This document shows positions 46,650 through 51,631 of a stretch of 51,631 nucleotides of DNA, in pieces (within the stretch, counting starts at the first letter, position 1; the number at the start of each line of letters is the position of its first letter). The DNA comes from a virus (Duplodnaviria > Caudoviricetes). The notes under the pieces are model-generated. The model did not search any database and was not told the DNA's origin. It worked only from the letters and a program-made list of their open reading frames with translations. The position numbers and the translations under genes were made by a program. The stretch covers positions 1 to 51,631 of IMG/VR virus record IMGVR_UViG_3300048849_000172. One strand, 5' to 3'.

Positions 46650-46750
46650 GCGCCTGGCCCTCGCCGCATTGAATGGCGGGCTTACCGCAAGGCAGAGATG
46701 AAAGCCGGCCGTAAGGTGCGTCGGCTACAGGGCAGCACTAGGAACCAGGG

Positions 46751-46975
46751 GTGTGTGGGTTGTCCGACGAGTTGGTTCCTCTTCAGAAAAGGGCAGAAAA
46801 GTTCCTGGCGGAGGCCAAGAAGCGTATCCTGGCCAGCGAACACGCCTTGAAGCGGCTGCAAGCTTTGCCTTCGGCGTCGGATTTCTTGTCCCCCGCTGGA
46901 CAGCAACATTCTGGCGCCTTGACTGCCGGTGAACTCAGCACCGTGACTGCGGGGGAAAGCGACAGCGTCAGCTGA
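46751..46975 (+). CDS. Hypothetical protein
   Basis: Short helical ORF; weak support. Confidence 0.35.
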   Translation: MCGLSDELVPLQKRAEKFLAEAKKRILASEHALKRLQALPSASDFLSPAGQQHSGALTAGELSTVTAGESDSVS

Positions 46976-47482
46976 CGCTAAGGCCGAGCGCATAGACGCT
47001 GGGATAGTACCAGGAGCCCAGGAAAGCCGCATTCGGAGCGGTGGGCCAAGCACTGGCGCAGCGCGGTGGAGGCTGTTGGTGGGGCGGAGTTCAGTGCCAA
47101 CACCGAGGGCAGGGTCATAGCTCCCGGACTAACCTGATCGTGTCCCTTCCGGACCGAACCTTTGTCATAGGCTCGCTGAAGGTTGCCCGTGGTGGGCCTG
47201 GAGGTGGGCCCCGCAAGCATGTCCCCTTGGGGCCGCTCCTCTGCACGACACGGCCACGGCAGCTTGTCTCCAGCGGATAGCTTGCGTCGGGGGTGGCCGA
47301 AGCTGTCGTCATCTGGCGAAAGAGGCGCCAGGCAGGAGCACTTCGGGTTTGGGCGGGCGAAGCGAGCGCTGCTCCCGGGGTGATCTATGAGCGTCGGAAT
47401 GACATGAACTGGGTAGCGGCAGCTAACCGATGCGCCGAACGTTGTCAGGCTCCGCAGAGGGGAACAGCCTGGAGGCGCGCCG

Positions 47483-47734
47483 ATGGTTTCACGCCGGGAC
47501 GATATCCATTCCAGGACCGAACAGGCGGCCGAGTTGGGGCGCGCTGCTGGCGAAGATCCGGAGGCAATGGCGTCCGATTGTCCATACGCGCATGACGAGT
47601 TGCGGATGAGATTCGCTTGGCTAGACGGGTTCAGTGAGGGCCGCATTTCGTTTGCCGGTGACCACAAATGGCTCGGGACGGGGATGGAAGATCATCGGCG
47701 TGGCTGGGTGGCTTCTCATCACGCCAGAGTTTGA
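47483..47734 (+). CDS. Rmf/CrpP-fold-like small protein
   Basis: GRAA...CPY....R.AWLDGF..G; GGAGG RBS. Confidence 0.6.
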   Translation: MVSRRDDIHSRTEQAAELGRAAGEDPEAMASDCPYAHDELRMRFAWLDGFSEGRISFAGDHKWLGTGMEDHRRGWVASHHARV

Positions 47735-47919
47735 CCGCTGGACGCTGTATCAGGTCTCGCTGAGGGCGTTGGCGTAAACGAGTACAGGGCTACGGTTCAG
47801 CCGCGGGTTGCTGGCCCGTCGGCCACGCACACAGCGGGCGAGGATTGTACTGCAACGGGACGGCTTTACCTCGCGGAGGGCGCCCGCGCTGACTAATGCG
47901 CATTTTAGGCCAGATCCAC

Positions 47920-47945
47920 GGAACAGAGGCTCTGCTCCCGGCGTT
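47920..47945 (+). promoter_or_regulatory. Sigma-EcfG (general stress response) promoter
   Basis: GGAAC-N17-CGTT directly upstream of ORF at 47974. Confidence 0.65.
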
Positions 47946-47973
47946 AAAGCCATCCGCATTGAGGTCGAGAGCA

Positions 47974-48171
47974 ATGATCCTGGACGAGGCGCGGAAGCTG
48001 CGTGAGGAAGCGGCCATGTGTGTGAGGGTGGCGGACCAGATCAGCCTACCTTCAGACCAGGAAATCTTAAAGGACATGGCACGACGCTGCCTCGAACAGG
48101 CCGAGCGCATCGAACAGTCTTACAGTGTTCCGGGGCAGGCACCCGCCAAGGAGAGCAGCGGGCCGAGGTGA
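47974..48171 (+). CDS. Small helical-hairpin protein
   Basis: ARKLREEAAMC..VA...L..MA.R.L.QA..IE pattern. Confidence 0.6.
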   Translation: MILDEARKLREEAAMCVRVADQISLPSDQEILKDMARRCLEQAERIEQSYSVPGQAPAKESSGPR

Positions 48172-48260
48172 GGCGCCGGAGGCCGGCTCTGGTGTGAATC
48201 TGCGGTCGCGGGTGCGGTAGCAGAACGGAACTGTTGCCCAACCCGTGGTTGTGTTATCTC

Positions 48261-48398
48261 ATGGGCATGGCAACGGAACTCTACAGGGACGTACGGCAGG
48301 CCCGGCGGGAGATCCTGGTCGTGTGCGCCGTTGCGGCCTTAATCGGGTCAGCATTGGCTATCGCGGCGATATGGCTGTTCGCCGACGTGGTGCCCTAG
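48261..48398 (+). CDS. Small membrane peptide (45 aa)
   Basis: Own translation MGMATELYRDVRQARREILVVCAVAALIGSALAIAAIWLFADVVP. Confidence 0.45.
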   Translation: MGMATELYRDVRQARREILVVCAVAALIGSALAIAAIWLFADVVP

Positions 48399-48413
48399 AC
48401 TGACGCGCGTCGT

Positions 48414-48899
48414 TCAGCCTTTGGTAGGAGTACGCTGCTCCTGCTCCGGTGGACAGAGCGGGTGAGTACCCTGCTGCAGGGAGACAACTATGTCTGGCTG
48501 GTCGGCGAATGCAGCCAGGGCACCCGGAGCAGGCCGCGAAGGCAGCCGGTCGAAGATGGAGAGCGCCGCGGGGCACGCGCGCGGTCCAACCCTGGAAAGC
48601 TCCTCGATCTGTCGCTTCGTCCGGGTAGCGATGTAGTTCCGGAAGTTATCGGCCGAGCCGAAGTGCTGGACGCTGAGATCCTCCGCAGCGCGTATCTCCG
48701 GCGTATGGGGCGCAAGGGCATCGGGCAGCCGGCCCGGTTCGTTGCAGAACATCGCGATGTTCATCAGGTATACCCGGAGCAGGCTGACCTTCAGAGCCTC
48801 CCTGTCCTCCTGCTTTGCGCAGTGGGCCCAAGCCGGGGCTGAGCTAGCCAGCAGGGAGGTAATCAGAATGGCAGCCGGAACTAGACATCGCGGCAGCAT
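48414..48899 (-). CDS. Exported Cys-containing hypothetical protein
   Basis: GAGGA RBS; signal peptide ending AWA-HC. Confidence 0.65.
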   Translation of the reverse strand: MLPRCLVPAAILITSLLASSAPAWAHCAKQEDREALKVSLLRVYLMNIAMFCNEPGRLPDALAPHTPEIRAAEDLSVQHFGSADNFRNYIATRTKRQIEELSRVGPRACPAALSIFDRLPSRPAPGALAAFADQPDIVVSLQQGTHPLCPPEQEQRTPTKG

Positions 48900-49097
48900 C
48901 GCCGGATCCTCTGTTCTCACAAAACTGTGTGTGGATGTAAATAAGCCGGATGAGGCGATCAACCCGCTGTGGTTGCAGCTCTGCCGTTTCAGGAGGCCTC
49001 GGCTGAGATCCAAGCTGCCGATGGGTGGCCGAAGCTGCCGGCCTGAGCGCTATGCCAGGTGACGCTGAATGCCACCTAGCGAGAGACTAAGGGGCGC

Positions 49098-49334
49098 TTA
49101 GTCGACCCAGCGCCCGATCAGCGACACGGTTGCAGTGTAGATGAGGCGACGATCTGCGTCTCTCACATCCATGATCACGGCATGCATGTCCCCGTCGGGG
49201 CGCTTTTCGTGAAGAACATCGTGCAGAGCCGCAATGCCGGCCGCCCTGGCTGCAGTGGGGCCGGGCAGGTTCAAGCCCACTGCGTCCTTGAAGTGTCTGT
49301 CGCTGTCGTGGGTGTCGCAGAAGAACTGGGGCAT
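49098..49334 (-). CDS. DUF6894-like small protein
   Basis: MPQFFCDTHD...D..G..LP...AAR; paralog of 49823..50059. Confidence 0.7.
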   Translation of the reverse strand: MPQFFCDTHDSDRHFKDAVGLNLPGPTAARAAGIAALHDVLHEKRPDGDMHAVIMDVRDADRRLIYTATVSLIGRWVD

Positions 49335-49822
49335 CGATAGGTTAGGTGCTGAATTGCGAAGAGGCGCAAGCACATAGATCATCCTCGCCTTGCCGGCGAT
49401 CCCTGATCGGCTGGGACGCCGGGTGTGCTGGCGGTCGCGTGGCTGGTCCGGGGGGCTTACTAGGGTAGGAAGACTTGCGCCGCGAATCTCGGACCCCCTA
49501 CATACCCGACTAGGCGCCGCTGACCGCGCGGTCCGAGGGGCTGGCATCCCCGATGACATGCTAGGGCGATCGCGTCCGTAAGATTTCGGAAAGGTCAGCA
49601 CGCAGCGGCCGGTGCCTCTGGGCTTGTCCCGCCTGGCGCCGGCGGCTCGTTTGCCTTCGGAGCTTACCGTCCCAATCAGCCCTGACGCCGGGCGCGCAGG
49701 TGGGGGATCTGTCCCCTATGCCCGCTGACCTCCTCCCCGAGCCCACCCGCCACGAGCCGCGTTTCACCGACCAGCAGGGCAAGTTCGGCGGCACGAACTG
49801 AGCGGGCCAGCGTTACAGCTTC

Positions 49823-50059
49823 ATGCCCCGATTTCTCTTCGATATCCATGATGGCGTGCGCCACACCCGGGACGACGAAGGGTCGGAACTGCCTGACCGG
49901 GAAGCAGCAAGGAAAGAAGCTCTCTCAGTCCTCCCCGACATTGCCCGAGACCGATCGCCAGACGGCGACCGGCGTGACTTCATTGTGGATGTACGGGACG
50001 AGACTGGACGGGTGATCTACACCGCGACCCTTTCGCTGGTTGGGAGGTGGATCGACTAG
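49823..50059 (+). CDS. DUF6894-like small protein
   Basis: MPRFLFDIHDG...DDEG.ELPD..AAR.EA...VRDETG. Confidence 0.8.
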   Translation: MPRFLFDIHDGVRHTRDDEGSELPDREAARKEALSVLPDIARDRSPDGDRRDFIVDVRDETGRVIYTATLSLVGRWID

Positions 50060-50189
50060 GGCGCCCACCTTCTTCCAAGCTGGCCGAGAGATGCCGGAAA
50101 TGTGGGGTGACGGGTGTTCCTGGCCGGCACAAGCTCATTGCACTGCGGGATCGTCCGGGGCGCTGCAACGTGTTCTGCCTGCAAGACTG

Positions 50190-50234
50190 AGCGGCCGGCG
50201 GGTGAGGTGTCTCCTCATCCCCGGCCGCTTTTTT
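50190..50234 (+). terminator. Intrinsic terminator
   Basis: AGCGGCCGG...CCGGCCGCT long stem plus T run. Confidence 0.6.
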
Positions 50235-50517
50235 GTGCCTGGGCATTGGAGCTAAGATCCACGGGCCGATGGTCGGTGCCTACTCCTAGGCGTAACTGAC
50301 CGGACTGGGCCGGGCGGTCGGCGGGACGCGGGCCCTGCCGGCCGCTTCTGGATTTCCACCTCTCGAAGATCCGCTCACTCCAGGGCAAGTTGTAGCGGCA
50401 GCAGCTTGACTTGCCACGGGGTAGAACCACCCCCTAAGCTTCAGACGAAGCTGGTCCTTACGGTAACCGTCAGTGGCGGGTTCGGTGGGAGGCCTTCCAC
50501 CTTTCGCCGAGATTGCC

Positions 50518-50784
50518 GTGCCTCGATACCACTTCCATGTCCGCGATGGGCGCACTCCGCCCGACAGCAAAGGCACTGAGCTGCCCGATCTGATGGCAGC
50601 CCGCGTTGAGGCGGCCCGGTACGGTGCTGAGCTGCTCGTGCTGCACGCAAGAACTTTCTGGAACGACGGCGAGTGGGCCATCGAGGTGACCGACAGCACC
50701 GGCCTAACTCTATTCACGCTCCTCTTCATGGCGGTTGATGCGCCGACGCTGCAATACCGCGCGCCAGCTCCTCCGAGGCCGTAG
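50518..50784 (+). CDS. DUF6894-like small protein
   Basis: VPRYHFHVRDG...D.KG.ELPDL.AAR.EA...W.IEVTD..G..LF. Confidence 0.8.
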   Translation: MPRYHFHVRDGRTPPDSKGTELPDLMAARVEAARYGAELLVLHARTFWNDGEWAIEVTDSTGLTLFTLLFMAVDAPTLQYRAPAPPRP

Positions 50785-50889
50785 GCCGAAGACAGCACAC
50801 AAGCCGCCAGTCGGCGCCCGTTGCGAGTGCTGGTTGCGGTTTTTCCACTCCCGCACAACTTTAGGTTGATTATCACGGTTCTGTGACTT

Positions 50890-50980
50890 AGAACGCCGCG
50901 GACCCAAGCCTCCCCCCCGTTAGGGCTTGGATAAAACGGCCGGCAGACCCACTCCCCCTGGGATCTGCCGGCCGTTTTGC
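50890..50980 (+). ncRNA. Candidate cuckoo-like sRNA (two hairpins with C-rich loops)
   Basis: CCAAGCC-TCCCCCCCGTTAG-GGCTTGG, then about 19-bp stem with CTCCCCC loop ending TTTT. Confidence 0.5.
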
Positions 50981-51382
50981 GTTTGGCGAACGGTAATCCG
51001 TCGTTGCTTGGGTACCCGGCGCTCTAGCCTGCATTCGGGCGGCTAGGAGCCGGCCGCCTCATCCGACCGGGCCGTCGCCTCGGCACCTGGGGCGGCGGCC
51101 TATCGGGTGTCAGCAAGGTTTCGGCAGCATTGAGCTGCCGGTCGGAGCCCATCGCGGGGACTGGTGGTTTTCTTTACGCTTCTTGCAACGAAATCCCTCG
51201 CCGCTTGAGCCCCGCAGGCCTAGGCTGCTCTTTCCGGCTCCTTCTGAGGGCTGGGCGGAGCGGCCGGTGCCAGGGCTTGGAGCCCGGTTTCCCGGCCGCT
51301 CCTCGCCGCTCGGGCAGCAGTTAGGCACGATAATCCTGCATTATCGTGCCTACACCAGGCCAAGGCGCCGATTGCCCCAGAA

Positions 51383-51631
51383 TCAGCCCCGGGTGTGGTC
51401 GGTGTCGCCCATCAGTCGCCCGGTGCAGGGAGCCCGGGCCGGCGGCCCCACCATCACGTGGAAATTCGCCCGGGCTAGGTGGGTCACGATGTGCTGGGCC
51501 ATCCACTCAGCGTCTGCCCGGATCTTCTTCCCGTGCGGCTTGCCGTTCAGGCCGAAGCGAAGGGCGTAGTGCACAGCGCCGGTCAGGTCCGCAGGGTCGA
51601 CCGCGGTGAGGTCGTCTGGCGCCTTGGTCAT
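51383..51631 (-). CDS. Hypothetical protein
   Basis: 82 aa, YALRF...MA.HIV.HL.RANF.VM..PP; at window edge. Confidence 0.6.
   Translation of the reverse strand: MTKAPDDLTAVDPADLTGAVHYALRFGLNGKPHGKKIRADAEWMAQHIVTHLARANFHVMVGPPARAPCTGRLMGDTDHTRG

Noticed and set aside
49718-49801. CCTCCTCCCC motif and short ORF MPADLLPEPT...
   Set aside because: Motif lacks a convincing stem and the 27-aa ORF is too short to assign
1-51631. attL/attR direct repeats or a target tRNA
   Set aside because: No matching terminal repeat found by eye; boundaries may lie outside the window

Overview
GC-rich, apparently near-complete lambdoid-organised temperate siphophage (prophage) of an alphaproteobacterium; an Acetobacteraceae/Roseomonas-like host is inferred from protein types only. 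Left to right: GIY-YIG ORF, tyrosine integrase and excisionase, leftward early operon (YqaJ exonuclease, candidate annealing protein, PAPS-reductase-like Fe-S protein), an accessory block with duplicated structured RNAs, a short peptidase-less repressor and cro with GTGTAG-N5-CTACAC operators, rightward early/replication genes (MerR, VRR-NUC, AAA helicase, iteron cluster, late regulator), morons, HNH-cos-terminase, fused HK97 protease-capsid placed before the portal, non-contractile tail genes interrupted by a RelE-like TA cassette and a P22 immI-like arc/ant module, tail spike with SGNH-like domain, a lysis cassette with a pectate-lyase gene between holin and GH108 endolysin, and right-end small stress-type ORFs. 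No att site, tRNA, rRNA or CRISPR array was identified. The best leads are (i) a LexA-box-linked micro-ORF behind a non-cleavable repressor plus a second LexA box before the replication genes, (ii) the sRNA cluster with an antisense membrane peptide at 6.2-7.0 kb, (iii) the lysis-cassette polysaccharide lyase, and (iv) repeat-flanked inserted cassettes. Family assignments come from motif recognition, not database searches.
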